38,639 bases of DNA from Candidatus Onthoplasma sp. (lineage in GTDB: Bacteria > Bacillota > Clostridia > Christensenellales > UBA1242): the NCBI GenBank assembly GCA_045637745.1, contig JAZUAB010000009.1:1-38639 (forward strand). Direction: 5' to 3'. Below are positions 14,816 through 25,671 of the stretch, piece after piece. The notes beneath the pieces were generated by a model. The model searched no databases and was not told the DNA's origin. It worked only from the letters and a program-made list of their open reading frames with translations. Position numbers and translations under genes: made by a program. Positions within the stretch are counted from its first letter, which is position 1, and every line of letters begins with the position of its first letter.

Positions 14816-16648
14816 TTAATAATTATAGAACACTCTAAGCACTACACATCCAGTTTCTCCATAAATGTCAGTAGCCCAGACATTAGTGTCCCATTCAAAA
14901 GCATCGCGCATTAAACCAACTGATTTAAATGTATTGATTGTAAGGCTCTTATCTGTTTGGTTATTGCCAGTTTGTTGCACTTTGTTATAATTTGCATCAC
15001 CGACGCTTAATCCAGTATTGTCTATATATGCATTATTAAAGCTGTAGCCAGCAGCCACCCCCGGTAATACCCCTTTGTTTGAGTTTGTTGGAGAATAATT
15101 TGAGACAAAACTATTTGATATTGCAAAACAGTCAGAAATTGTAACATAACTTGATGCTCCAGCAGTTATTAACGCCATTCTAGGCACATCCGACTCATCC
15201 AAATATTCTATTTCCCCTTCATAATAGCAATTTTGGAATTCGGATGTTTTCGGGTAAAAAGACCCCACAATACCTGCAACTCTCTCACTTCCACTGTTGC
15301 TTGTGGCATCTGTTGTATTATTAACATAAATGTTGCATTTTACATAGCTATTTACTACCCAAGATGTCACCACATCACTTGAATGCTCCATATACGCAAA
15401 CCCTATAAGCCCACCTATAGATATTTCCATAGTTGTTTCGCCAGTTACATTAATATCGTGTTCCACACTTCCATCATAGTTACTAGCTCCAATAACAAAA
15501 CAATTGTCAACAACTCCACCTCTAAAAGTCCCAACAAGCATACCACAATATCTGGAATTCGTTGCATCCATTCTAGCTCCATCTAATCCCAAATTAATGA
15601 TATAGGTAGACTGTGCTGATGCCTGATCTTTAATTTTTATAACATTAAATAATCCATAACCATTTTTGTTAGTGCCCACCATGTATAGATTGCTTATGGT
15701 ATACCCCTGTCCGTCAAATGCGCCATTAAATTGAGCAATTGTTTTATCGGTCGTATCACTATTGAAATCTAAATATGCATTTAACTTAAAAGTTTTACCT
15801 TGATGATAAGCGTTGGTCGAAGTAGAGGTTGCGCGCATAATCATCCAATCGTTACAAGAATTAATTAAATATGCACCACTTTCATCCGTGTATAAATTCG
15901 CCAAAGTTTTGCCTGTCACGTTTGCATCTTCGCTTGTCCACACATCACGCATACGGCCAATAATGCAGTGTGTGGCATATATGCTTTCCTTTGAATATGT
16001 TCCAACTGCCAAATAATTGCTATAACCATCTGCTAAATCTAAAAAGTCTTTTTGATGTGTGTGCAACGTTAAAGTTAAGCTAATTGTTGCATAATTTTCG
16101 TTATACTTATCGCCTTCAAAAGTGTAAGGAATACTTAATGCTTGAGTTGCACCCGCTTGCAATATACTTGCCCCAACTTGGAATAATCCGCGTTCGGCGT
16201 AAACTACCTTATTATTTGCCACATTATACCAAACGGTTTCTTCATCAATAAGATTGCCTGAAGAGTCTTTATTAATAATATTTAACTCCGCCAATAAATA
16301 TGTATCCGCTGTGGCCGATTCAGCAGTACCCTCATCACCAATGCTAACTGCATTACCTGTAATAGTTATTGTGTCGCCCGGAGCGATTTTAATTCCGTTT
16401 AAACTAGCAGATGTTCCACCGTTAACTTTAGCAGTAACATTGGTAAGCGTAGCGCCCGCGCTATTTTGATATGATATTGCAATAGTAGCCGTTGTAGCAT
16501 TACCTAAAACATCAACTTTGTCACTAAAATAAGAATAGCAAAAACCAACCGACAGCACCGTTACAATCAAAAAGCAAATAATGTCAGCAAAAAAAGTCCT
16601 AAACAGCCCTGTCGTTTTATATTGTTTTTGCAATATATCTCTTTTCAT
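14816..16648 (-). CDS. Secreted surface protein with a SipW-dependent-type signal peptide and GLUG-like repeats
   Basis: An N-terminal TM segment is followed by CYSYFSDKVDV (the TasA/camelysin-class YFSD motif). FNGAFDGQGYTISNLYM...GLFNV is a GLUG-domain pattern. Confidence 0.6.
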   Translation of the reverse strand: MKRDILQKQYKTTGLFRTFFADIICFLIVTVLSVGFCYSYFSDKVDVLGNATTATIAISYQNSAGATLTNVTAKVNGGTSASLNGIKIAPGDTITITGNAVSIGDEGTAESATADTYLLAELNIINKDSSGNLIDEETVWYNVANNKVVYAERGLFQVGASILQAGATQALSIPYTFEGDKYNENYATISLTLTLHTHQKDFLDLADGYSNYLAVGTYSKESIYATHCIIGRMRDVWTSEDANVTGKTLANLYTDESGAYLINSCNDWMIMRATSTSTNAYHQGKTFKLNAYLDFNSDTTDKTIAQFNGAFDGQGYTISNLYMVGTNKNGYGLFNVIKIKDQASAQSTYIINLGLDGARMDATNSRYCGMLVGTFRGGVVDNCFVIGASNYDGSVEHDINVTGETTMEISIGGLIGFAYMEHSSDVVTSWVVNSYVKCNIYVNNTTDATSNSGSERVAGIVGSFYPKTSEFQNCYYEGEIEYLDESDVPRMALITAGASSYVTISDCFAISNSFVSNYSPTNSNKGVLPGVAAGYSFNNAYIDNTGLSVGDANYNKVQQTGNNQTDKSLTINTFKSVGLMRDAFEWDTNVWATDIYGETGCVVLRVFYNY

Positions 16649-16839
16649 TTTACCCCTTTAATGTAGAAATAGATTTACAAATCCGCTTAAATCCAACTAT
16701 ACATTGCCTAATTTAAGGCAAACATAATCTCGTTTAATATATTTTAATATATTAGTTTAACCATAGTCAAGCATTTTAATTGTTTTTATCAAATTTTAAT
16801 CATTTTAAGTAATCTGCAAATTGCTAAAAATTCAAACAT

Positions 16840-17889
16840 CTAACTAAAAAAGTTATCGTTATAAATCACAGTCTTATTGTCGCTATACAACATTTTTGCT
16901 TTATTGTGATAATATTTTGCCTTATTATAATTTCCATTTTGATAATACAGCCTAGCCAACTCTATTAATGGTTTCAAATAATAACATTCTTCCCTAATGA
17001 ACAATCCTTGAACAATTGGTTTATCCACATTTAATGCGCTTTCGTAAAAATATATTGCATTATCTATTTTGCCACACTTCTCATACAATCTTGCCAACTC
17101 GCACACAATTTCTGCATTTGGCATAATGTTCAAGCCTTCATATAACCATTTTTTAGCACTTTCGGTGTCTTCCAACTTTTCGCAACATTTTGCCATTATT
17201 AATATCGCGTCAATAGTGTTTGGAATAAATTTATTAGGAAGATTAAAGAACTTATTTAGTTCAATCTTACACTTTTTATAATGCCCCCAATAAAATAACT
17301 CGCGTGCGTAATAATATTGTTCTCTTGCGCTAAACTTAATACCACGCTTAAGTGCTTTACGAAACAAATTTAAGTTGCGTTTGGTGTAATTTATAGCAAT
17401 CTTGCGATGTTGAATGGTTATATCTAAATGCTCGATTTTCCCAAAAGGAATAATTGCTTCGTGTACAAATCCATTCCAATATGCCCGCTTGTCGTTTTTC
17501 ATAATTCTTTCGCGCTCATACACAAATGTTGGATTGCCCATATTATCAAAAGATGTGGCATACTTTAACATATATGTATCCGCCACCATATTTAGCTTTA
17601 ATTGATTAATCTTTTCAATCTCGTTATACTCCAGCACATCATCTGCATCTAACCACATCACATAATCGGTTGTCGCCTTACTAAATGCAAAATTCCGCGC
17701 CTTAGCAAAATCATCGCACCACACAAAATCATATACTTTATCAGTAAATCTACTTGCCATTTCCTTAGTTTTATCAATGCTACCAGTATCAACAATAATA
17801 ATTTCATCTGCAAATTGCTTTACACAGTCTAAACACCTTGCAAGCACATCTTGCTCATTTTTAACAATCATACATACACTTATTTTCAT
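16840..17889 (-). CDS. Family 2 glycosyltransferase with C-terminal TPR repeats
   Basis: ISVCMIVKNEQDVLARCLD...DEIIIVDTGSIDKT and WLDADD. The C-terminal half has repeated TPR-like helices (AIYFYESAL, YNKAKYYHNKA). Confidence 0.8.
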   Translation of the reverse strand: MKISVCMIVKNEQDVLARCLDCVKQFADEIIIVDTGSIDKTKEMASRFTDKVYDFVWCDDFAKARNFAFSKATTDYVMWLDADDVLEYNEIEKINQLKLNMVADTYMLKYATSFDNMGNPTFVYERERIMKNDKRAYWNGFVHEAIIPFGKIEHLDITIQHRKIAINYTKRNLNLFRKALKRGIKFSAREQYYYARELFYWGHYKKCKIELNKFFNLPNKFIPNTIDAILIMAKCCEKLEDTESAKKWLYEGLNIMPNAEIVCELARLYEKCGKIDNAIYFYESALNVDKPIVQGLFIREECYYLKPLIELARLYYQNGNYNKAKYYHNKAKMLYSDNKTVIYNDNFFS

Positions 17890-17924
17890 AATGCATAGTA
17901 TGAAAATTTAATTTTTTGTGATAA

Positions 17925-17955
17925 TAAAAAAATCAAAGCATTTCGCTTTGACTTA
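17925..17955 (-). terminator. Rho-independent terminator downstream of 17982-18977
   Basis: TCAAAGC (17933-17939) pairs with GCTTTGA (17945-17951) around a 5-nt loop, with a U-run on the minus strand. Confidence 0.7.
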
Positions 17956-17981
17956 ATTTTTACTTATAGCAACATTTTAGA

Positions 17982-18977
17982 TTAATGCTTATTTTCTGCT
18001 GATTCTTCAAAAATCTCTTCAATAACAGATTTACTAATGCTATCACTATTACTCTCTATTTGACTTTTTTTATCAATTCCAATTTCTTCTGTTGTTAAAG
18101 CACCAACTCTGTGGTCGCCTAAAAATTTAGCTTCTGTCTTTCTTGCTCTTTCAAAAACTTCTTGTATATATCTATCTTGTGCAGACATATTTTGAGCCTC
18201 AAATTCCGCTTGTGCATTTGCATCAATTTGTTGCTTAATTAAGCGTTTAGTTCCTTTAATTTCATAGTTTTGTAAGGTTTGAGATAGTTCGCGATTACTT
18301 AATTCAGTTAAAATTCTACTACCCATTGCTGTTTGTAGAGTACTTGATTTAAACAATGTCAAGTTCTTGCCCAACGCAAAGGCAATTGCAACATTATTTT
18401 TATCTTCATCATACCTTTCAAGTAAGGTTTTACGAAGTTTTTTAAAAGCCCTTTTATGAATGCGTATTGATTCATCAACAACTTCCTCATACACATCAGT
18501 TCTTGCAGCAATCATTTCATAAAATCTTTCAAACATTAATATATTAAGGGTATTTATGTAATTGTTCTCATACATATCCGTCGCTAATTTCAATTTAGAA
18601 ATATAATCACTATTTATTAATGCATAGTTTAGATTTCTCATTCTTGCATCTTGTTCTTCTGTTCTGTCCCAAGTATGTTTTAGGGCATAAAATTTACACA
18701 TTTGCTCCCATCTATCATTTTTAAACATATCTTTATGCGCAACTGCCAATAATTCATTAGCACCGCCATTGCCTAGATTATCAACAATATTATCAATAAC
18801 AAAGTTATCATCTCCATTTTTAGCCAATAAATACCAACTTTGAATAGCATTAATTTGACCAAGTTCAGCCAGTTTGGTTAAATCTCTAAAAATAAGCGAA
18901 TCTTCGCCACTCACAATCTTCTTAGACCAAAGTGTTACAAAGTCATTATCTAATTCATTAAAGCCATATTCTAACAT
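17982..18977 (-). CDS. Hypothetical protein (331 aa, helical, no recognised motif)
   Basis: Long ORF with AGGAGAA RBS. No domain was recognised by eye. Confidence 0.6.
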   Translation of the reverse strand: MLEYGFNELDNDFVTLWSKKIVSGEDSLIFRDLTKLAELGQINAIQSWYLLAKNGDDNFVIDNIVDNLGNGGANELLAVAHKDMFKNDRWEQMCKFYALKHTWDRTEEQDARMRNLNYALINSDYISKLKLATDMYENNYINTLNILMFERFYEMIAARTDVYEEVVDESIRIHKRAFKKLRKTLLERYDEDKNNVAIAFALGKNLTLFKSSTLQTAMGSRILTELSNRELSQTLQNYEIKGTKRLIKQQIDANAQAEFEAQNMSAQDRYIQEVFERARKTEAKFLGDHRVGALTTEEIGIDKKSQIESNSDSISKSVIEEIFEESAENKH

Positions 18978-19130
18978 ATATTTTCTCCTAAGCGTAATAT
19001 AACATAAACACCCAATCTTGTCAATAGCGCCTATTAAAAAAGACGACTATAAAAATCGCCTTTTAATATAATACGGAAATTTCCGCAATTTTTGATTATT
19101 CATTTTTAATTCATCATTAATGACTTGTCA

Positions 19131-20126
19131 TTACTTGCTTGCTTCCGCTATCGCAACCGATACTGCAACTGTTGCGCCAACCATTGGGTTGTTGCCCATA
19201 CCAATTAAGCCCATCATTTCAACGTGAGCAGGCACTGATGATGAACCAGCAAATTGTGCGTCACTATGCATACGTCCCATTGTGTCGGTCATACCATAAG
19301 ATGCTGGACCTGCAGCCATATTATCTGGGTGAAGTGTACGACCCGTACCGCCACCACTGGCTACTGAAAAGTATTTTTTGCCTTGCTCTAAACGTTCCTT
19401 CTTATATGTTCCAGCTACTGGGTGTTGGAAACGTGTTGGGTTGGTTGAGTTACCAGTAATTGACACGTCAACGTTTTCAAGGTGCATAATTGCAACGCCT
19501 TCGCGCACGTCATTACTGCCATAGCAACGTACTTTTGCACGTGGGCCATTTGAATATGCAATTTCTTTGACAATATTTAACTTGCCAGTATAGTAATCAA
19601 AATCGGTTTGTACATAAGTAAAGCCGTTAATACGTGAAATGATTTGAGCGGCATCTTTGCCTAAACCATTTAAAATAACTCTAAGTGGTTTGGTGCGAAC
19701 TTTGTTAGCAGAGTTAGCAATACCAATAGCGCCTTCTGCTGCCGCAAATGATTCGTGACCAGCCACAAATGCAAAACATTCAGTTTCATCACTAAGTAGC
19801 ATTGCACCAAGATTACCGTGACCAAGACCTACTTTACGGTCATCCGCCACCGAGCCTGGAATACAAAAACTTTGCAATCCCTCACCCAAGCACTTGGCAA
19901 TTTCGCTAGCAGTTGTCACACCACGCTTAATAGCAATAGCGCCACCTACAATATATGCCCAGCAAGCATTTTCAAAACAAATAGGTTGAATGCCCTTTAC
20001 AATATTGTACACATCTACACCCTTTGCTTCACAAATCTTTCGCGCTTCCTCAAGGCTAGCAATACCATTGTCATTTAATACTTTATTAATTTGATTAATA
20101 CGTCTGTCATAACTTTCAAACAACAT
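19131..20126 (-). CDS. GGGtGRT family protein (conserved, function unknown)
   Basis: Contains the signature SVASGGGTGRTLHPDN and is Gly/Ala-rich. Confidence 0.75.
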   Translation of the reverse strand: MLFESYDRRINQINKVLNDNGIASLEEARKICEAKGVDVYNIVKGIQPICFENACWAYIVGGAIAIKRGVTTASEIAKCLGEGLQSFCIPGSVADDRKVGLGHGNLGAMLLSDETECFAFVAGHESFAAAEGAIGIANSANKVRTKPLRVILNGLGKDAAQIISRINGFTYVQTDFDYYTGKLNIVKEIAYSNGPRAKVRCYGSNDVREGVAIMHLENVDVSITGNSTNPTRFQHPVAGTYKKERLEQGKKYFSVASGGGTGRTLHPDNMAAGPASYGMTDTMGRMHSDAQFAGSSSVPAHVEMMGLIGMGNNPMVGATVAVSVAIAEASK

Positions 20127-20135
20127 ATCTGCCTC

Positions 20136-20828
20136 CTACTCTTCACGAGGGTCAATATACTTGACCGCCTCGTCAAAACGTCCATATTTACCGCTTGCTT
20201 TTTTGATTGCTTCCATAGGCTCGATACCCTTTTTGATGTTTTCCATCATTTTGCCAAGATTAACAAACTCATAGCCTATAACCTCACTATTTTCATCAAG
20301 ACCAAGACGTGTTATGTAACCTTCGCTAAGTTCTAGATAGCGACAACCCTTAATCTTTGTGCTATAGCAAGTGCCCACTTGGCTACGCTTGCCTTTACCT
20401 AAATCCTCAAGACCAGCACCGATAGGCAATCCGCCTTCGCTAAATGCTGATTGAGTACGACCATATACAATTTGCAAGAAAAGTTCGCGCATTGCAGTAT
20501 TAATTGCATCGCAAACAAGGTCTGTATTTAGCGCCTCTAGTATAGTTTTGCCCACCAAGATTTCACTAGCCATCGCCGCAGAATGAGTCATACCAGAACA
20601 ACCTAATGTCTCTACCAACGCCTCCTCAATAATACCATCTTTTACATTTAATGTTAGTTTGCACGCACCTTGTTGTGGAGCACACCAACCAACACCGTGT
20701 GTTAAACCTGAAATATCTTTAATTTCAGTTGCCTTCACCCATTTTGCTTCTTCTGGAATAGGTGCAGGGCCGTGATTTGCGCCTTTATGCACGCAACACA
20801 TTTCGTTAATTTCACTACTATATTCCAT
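20136..20828 (-). CDS. NifU/IscU-like iron-sulfur cluster scaffold-domain protein
   Basis: Conserved Cys pattern GWCAPQQGACKL and LGCSGMTHSAAMASE. It lies 9 nt upstream of the GGGtGRT gene. Confidence 0.6.
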   Translation of the reverse strand: MEYSSEINEMCCVHKGANHGPAPIPEEAKWVKATEIKDISGLTHGVGWCAPQQGACKLTLNVKDGIIEEALVETLGCSGMTHSAAMASEILVGKTILEALNTDLVCDAINTAMRELFLQIVYGRTQSAFSEGGLPIGAGLEDLGKGKRSQVGTCYSTKIKGCRYLELSEGYITRLGLDENSEVIGYEFVNLGKMMENIKKGIEPMEAIKKASGKYGRFDEAVKYIDPREE

Positions 20829-21064
20829 AATTCCTCCTACGGATTAATAATAACACTTTTGACAATGTTGCGTCAAACAAATTTAAAAATAAATATTGAT
20901 ATATTTTCGACTTCAAAAGATTTTTACGATTTAATTTTACAAAATATTGATATTTAAAGCACAAAAACTTTTATAAAGTAATAGACTTGACGATTTAAAA
21001 GTTGTATAATTAATATATAATGTTAATAGTATGTTCTGCATATATATTATAGTGAGGTTTGCAA

Positions 21065-23776
21065 ATGTTAGAAATTAAACAAATTACTAAAACTTATGAA
21101 ATTGGTAATAAGAAGTCTAAAAATTATCAAACCGTTACAGCTTTAAACGGCGTAGATTTAGCTTTCAGACACAATGAATTTGTATCAATTCTTGGCCCTA
21201 GCGGTTGCGGTAAAACCACATTGTTAAATATTATAGGTGGATTAGATAAATATACAAGTGGCGACCTTATTATCAATGGTACGAGTACTAAGCAATTTAA
21301 GGATAAAGATTGGGACAATTATCGTAATCATTCGGTTGGATTTGTTTTCCAAAGTTATAACCTAATCCATCATCAAACAATTTTGCAAAATGTAGAATTA
21401 GCTCTTACATTGTCTGGCGTGAAGCGTGCTGAACGCAAAAAACGTGCGTTGGAAGCTTTAGATAAAGTGGGACTTAAAGACCGCGCACATAACAAACCTA
21501 ATCAATTGTCCGGAGGACAAATGCAACGTGTGGCAATCGCGCGTGCGATTGTAAATGACCCCGACATTATATTGGCAGATGAGCCAACCGGTGCACTAGA
21601 TAGCAAAACCAGTGTACAGATTATGGAAATCTTAAAGGAACTATCCAAAACAAGACTGGTAATTATGGTTACACACAATCCAGATTTGGCCGAAGAGTAC
21701 AGCAGTCGTATTGTAAGACTAAAGGATGGTGAACTTGTAAGTGACAGTAATCCTTTTGATCCAAACGAACCAGTAAAACCTAAAAGAACTAGAAAGTCTA
21801 AAACAGCACAAGAGTCTGTGGAAAAAGGCGAAACTATTGAAAATCAAGAAGTGGCTGACAGCGAGCAAAAAGTGGTTAAAAAACCTAAAAAACGTATGTC
21901 TTTTTTCACCGCATTAAGTTTAAGTTTTAAAAATCTTCTTACCAAAAAAGCTCGAACCATATTAGTGTCCTTTGCAGGAAGTATTGGTATTATTGGTATT
22001 GCTTTAATTCTTGCAGTATCTAGCGGGTTTAGTGGTTACATAAATAAGGTCCAAGAGGACACTCTGTCAAGTTACCCAATTGTAATTGAAGAACAATCTG
22101 TAAACTATATGAGCCTTATGACATCAATGTTTAGTGATGATGATGTTAATCATGGTAAAGATGCTGTGTATTCGGATGATTCGTTATCATCAATGCTAGA
22201 TTCATTTGCAAATGCATTGCAAAGCAATGATATGAAAAGTTTTAATATACATTTGCAAGACAATTATGATAAGATTGAAAAATATGTAAATGCTATTAAA
22301 TATTCTTATAACCTTGATTTACATATTTATGATTATAACGACTCGGAATTTAAAAAACCAATATCTCCTGGAAGCGATGTGTTGTATGAATTGAGTATAT
22401 ATTACGCCTTACAATATCTTGGTCAAAATGCAAATATCGGTATTGAACGAACTGAAACTGGAGCCATTTTAACTACTAAAGGCGATATTGAAGCCGAAGC
22501 CAGATTTTTTGGGACAATATCATACATCAAAGATGATAAACAAGGAGTTGATGTTTCAAAAATATATGAGGCATTTAGTCGTGATGGAATCTATGAATTA
22601 AGTGAAGTGGAAATTAATGTCATATTGTTTGGAATATTTGGAATTAATATGTCAACATACCAAAACAGCAACTTAGGGTTATTTAATGAAATGATTGATA
22701 ACAAATCTTTTGTTAAATCTCAATACGATTTAATTGCTGGCGATTGGAACAATGATAATGTATATGTTGAAGATGGAAAACAATATGTTGACACATTGTT
22801 GGTCCTAGACAAAAATAATGAATTAGATGAATACTTATTGTATGCATTAGGATTGATAGACAAAATAAAAATGTATCAATTATTAGATGGAATTCTTGAA
22901 GGCAAGAGTGAAACTGTTAAAATTGATTATAATAATATTGTAGGTAAAGAATTTAAACTTTATTTGACAAGCGATACATATTATCAAGAAGGTGGTATAT
23001 ACAAACAAACTGAAAATATTACACCTTCCGCTGAAAATATAAACAACTTTATTACAATGCGTATTAGCGGAATTGTCCGTACCAACGACGAGACTAAAGG
23101 CGGCGCGCTTGATGAAGGCATTGTTTACCCTAAATCATTAACCGATGAATGTATTAATAAATTTAACACAGCAGCAGAGTCAAATCCTTATCTTCTTCCT
23201 ATTGATAAACTAAATCCATCCAAGATTGCAATTTATGCTAATAGTTTTGAAATGAAAAAAGTAATTGAAGATTTTATTAGCGAATACAACGCAGGAGTTG
23301 ACGAAGACAAAAAAATAACTTATACTGATTATATGTCATTGATGATGGATACTGTTGGCTCTATTGTAGATATAGTATCATATGTATTGATTGCATTCGT
23401 ATCTGTATCTTTAATTGTATCTAGCATTATGATTGGCATTATAACATATATTTCAGTATTAGAACGCACCAAAGAAATTGGCGTGCTACGTAGTGTTGGC
23501 GCATCAAAACGCGATATTAAGCGCGTGTTTACAGCTGAAAGCTTGATTATTGGATTTGCGGCTGGCGCATTAGGAATTTTAGTGACATTGTTGTTATGTA
23601 TTCCTATCAATATTATATTTAAAGCATTCACGGGTATTTCCACTATTGCATCACTTCCATTGGGAGCTGGAATAATACTTGTGTTAATTAGTATGTTATT
23701 AACATTTATTGCTGGGTTAATTCCTGCACAAGTGGCGTCTAAAAAAGACCCAGTAGTAGCTTTGCGTACTGAATAA
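21065..23776 (+). CDS. Fused ABC transporter: ATP-binding domain plus FtsX-like permease (MacB-type)
   Basis: GPSGCGKTT (Walker A), [14 protein letters not shown] (signature) and [12 protein letters not shown] (Walker B), with C-terminal TM helices carrying an FtsX-type loop. The ATG at 21065 after GAGG is preferred over the TTG at 21059. Confidence 0.85.
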   Translation: MLEIKQITKTYEIGNKKSKNYQTVTALNGVDLAFRHNEFVSILGPSGCGKTTLLNIIGGLDKYTSGDLIINGTSTKQFKDKDWDNYRNHSVGFVFQSYNLIHHQTILQNVELALTLSGVKRAERKKRALEALDKVGLKDRAHNKPNQLSGGQMQRVAIARAIVNDPDIILADEPTGALDSKTSVQIMEILKELSKTRLVIMVTHNPDLAEEYSSRIVRLKDGELVSDSNPFDPNEPVKPKRTRKSKTAQESVEKGETIENQEVADSEQKVVKKPKKRMSFFTALSLSFKNLLTKKARTILVSFAGSIGIIGIALILAVSSGFSGYINKVQEDTLSSYPIVIEEQSVNYMSLMTSMFSDDDVNHGKDAVYSDDSLSSMLDSFANALQSNDMKSFNIHLQDNYDKIEKYVNAIKYSYNLDLHIYDYNDSEFKKPISPGSDVLYELSIYYALQYLGQNANIGIERTETGAILTTKGDIEAEARFFGTISYIKDDKQGVDVSKIYEAFSRDGIYELSEVEINVILFGIFGINMSTYQNSNLGLFNEMIDNKSFVKSQYDLIAGDWNNDNVYVEDGKQYVDTLLVLDKNNELDEYLLYALGLIDKIKMYQLLDGILEGKSETVKIDYNNIVGKEFKLYLTSDTYYQEGGIYKQTENITPSAENINNFITMRISGIVRTNDETKGGALDEGIVYPKSLTDECINKFNTAAESNPYLLPIDKLNPSKIAIYANSFEMKKVIEDFISEYNAGVDEDKKITYTDYMSLMMDTVGSIVDIVSYVLIAFVSVSLIVSSIMIGIITYISVLERTKEIGVLRSVGASKRDIKRVFTAESLIIGFAAGALGILVTLLLCIPINIIFKAFTGISTIASLPLGAGIILVLISMLLTFIAGLIPAQVASKKDPVVALRTE

Positions 23777-23788
23777 AAGGAGAATTTT

Positions 23789-24712
23789 ATGCAAAAGAAA
23801 AAGGACTACAATTATATATACTATTTTATTCAACTGGTTTTGGTTGGACTAACAATTATGTTTATATGTACACACTTTGCCGGTGTTACAGCCACTGAAG
23901 CATTTAGAGAAAGTGATGACAATATTAAAAATTGTTTATACTGCCTATTGTTTTCATTCTTACCATATATTTTAAAACGATGGAACATTCATTCTACTAA
24001 AACATTGCAAGTATATTTCTTAATCGCCATAATTGTTCACTTTATCGGTGGCGGCACACTTCATTACTACCGTGATGTTTGGTTCTTTAGTTTTATTGTT
24101 CATCTAATCAACAGTTTCTTGATTGCAACAATTATTTATGGAATGTTGTTGCGTCATTGTAAAAATCAAAGCAAATTCTTTATGTTCTTATGCACAATTG
24201 CTTTCACGGCACTAGTTGGCGTGATTTGGGAATTTTGTGAATATGCTATAGACGGATTGTCTGGCAAAAATATGCAACGCTTTAACAATTCGGTCACAGG
24301 TGAGGCGTTTGTTGGACGTAAGGCATTGCAAGACACAATGATAGATTTAATGATGGACACCATTGGTGGTGGATTGGCAGGCCTATATTTTGCATTTACT
24401 AATATTAAAGGCGTTCCACTATACAAATTCTTAGAACTTAAATATGTAAAAGCAGATACCAATATTTCATATCACGATGATGAGATTGAAAATAAGTTGC
24501 ACGCTGCAGAAGTTGAACAAAAAGCTTTGAAATTAGAGCAAAAAAATAACAAGCGTAAAGCCAAAATTAAAAAACGTGAACAAAAAGAAGAATATAAAAA
24601 AGAAAAACTAAAAGTCAAAGCCGAAAACTCATTAATAAAAAAACAAAATAAAACAGGTAAAAATAATAAATCTGAAACCAACGTTGATGTTGACCCGAAT
24701 AATAAAGATTAG
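23789..24712 (+). CDS. Polytopic membrane protein with a Lys/Glu-rich C-terminal tail (hypothetical)
   Basis: About 6 hydrophobic segments, then KALKLEQKNNKRKAKIKKREQKEEYKKEKLK. AAGGAG RBS. Confidence 0.6.
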   Translation: MQKKKDYNYIYYFIQLVLVGLTIMFICTHFAGVTATEAFRESDDNIKNCLYCLLFSFLPYILKRWNIHSTKTLQVYFLIAIIVHFIGGGTLHYYRDVWFFSFIVHLINSFLIATIIYGMLLRHCKNQSKFFMFLCTIAFTALVGVIWEFCEYAIDGLSGKNMQRFNNSVTGEAFVGRKALQDTMIDLMMDTIGGGLAGLYFAFTNIKGVPLYKFLELKYVKADTNISYHDDEIENKLHAAEVEQKALKLEQKNNKRKAKIKKREQKEEYKKEKLKVKAENSLIKKQNKTGKNNKSETNVDVDPNNKD

Positions 24713-24730
24713 TTTACAAAGGGGGATAAA

Positions 24731-25630
24731 ATGAAAGATAAGTTTTCAATCATTCTAGATGTTGACACAGGTATTGACGATGCAGTTGCCATTATAACTG
24801 CGTGCGCTCAAAAACAATTGGATGTCAAATTAATAACCTGTTGCTTTGGCAATGCCAACCAAAATCATGTGGTAAAAAATACAATTACTGTATTAGAAAA
24901 TATCAATCGACAAGACATACCTGTATGTGCGGGCGCTTCTGTCCCACTAGATAACGAAGCACATAAAATTCGTGCTCACGGAATTAACGGATTGGGTGGG
25001 TATTCTAAACAAATTACCACCAAACCAATATCTTCCGATTGTTCAAAAGCTATGCACGATGTTGTGTCCAAAAGTGAATTAACATATATTGTTGCGTGCG
25101 GGCCTTACACTAATATCGCAAATTATATTAAAAAATACCCTAAAGATGTTAACAAATTTAAACTTGTTGCAGTCACTGGAACTAATGTTAATAGTACGAC
25201 AAATCCTTATTTAAACTTTAACATTGCAATTGATATACCTAGTATGAAATACGTTTTGGAACATGTTCCTGGTATTCTATTCTGCACTTCCGATATGGGA
25301 CATAAGGCATATATACCTGCAGAAGATTTTATTAAGTCTGCAGATTGTAGCGAAGTTGGTCGTTTCCTTGCAACTATATACCCTAGCCATAAAGATCGTA
25401 CCGTAAAAAACGGTGCTGCATTACACGATGCATGTGGCATTGCGTGGCTTGCCAAACCTAAAATGTTTAAACTTGCATATGCGAAAGCAGAATTTAAAAC
25501 AGCTAAAAATGGCAAAGAATACTTAGATTTTGATTATAATTCAAATGAACCAAATTGTGTGGTAACAGTAGATATCAAAAACCGCTCATTTTATAATTGG
25601 TACTATAAATCTTTAAAGTATTTTAAATAA
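24731..25630 (+). CDS. Nucleoside hydrolase (IUNH family)
   Basis: N-terminal IILDVDTGIDDAVAI aspartate cluster and LHDACGIAW near the C-terminus. Confidence 0.8.
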   Translation: MKDKFSIILDVDTGIDDAVAIITACAQKQLDVKLITCCFGNANQNHVVKNTITVLENINRQDIPVCAGASVPLDNEAHKIRAHGINGLGGYSKQITTKPISSDCSKAMHDVVSKSELTYIVACGPYTNIANYIKKYPKDVNKFKLVAVTGTNVNSTTNPYLNFNIAIDIPSMKYVLEHVPGILFCTSDMGHKAYIPAEDFIKSADCSEVGRFLATIYPSHKDRTVKNGAALHDACGIAWLAKPKMFKLAYAKAEFKTAKNGKEYLDFDYNSNEPNCVVTVDIKNRSFYNWYYKSLKYFK

Positions 25631-25631
25631 C

Positions 25632-25669
25632 AAAAAAAATCTCTTATGACTTAACATAAGAGATTTTTT
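25632..25669. terminator. Bidirectional terminator between convergent genes
   Basis: AATCTCTTATG pairs with CATAAGAGATT, flanked by an A-run and a T-run. Confidence 0.8.
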
Positions 25670-25671
25670 AA

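Noticed and set aside
20829-21058. Possible riboswitch or operator in the 230-bp divergent intergenic region (AATATTGATAT direct repeat at about 20891 and 20943)
   Set aside because: Only an 11-nt AT-rich repeat is present, with no recognisable conserved riboswitch core. This is insufficient evidence.
21059-21064. TTG at 21059 as the start of the ABC transporter gene
   Set aside because: The ATG at 21065 has better spacing to the GAGG RBS. The difference is only two codons and does not affect the call.
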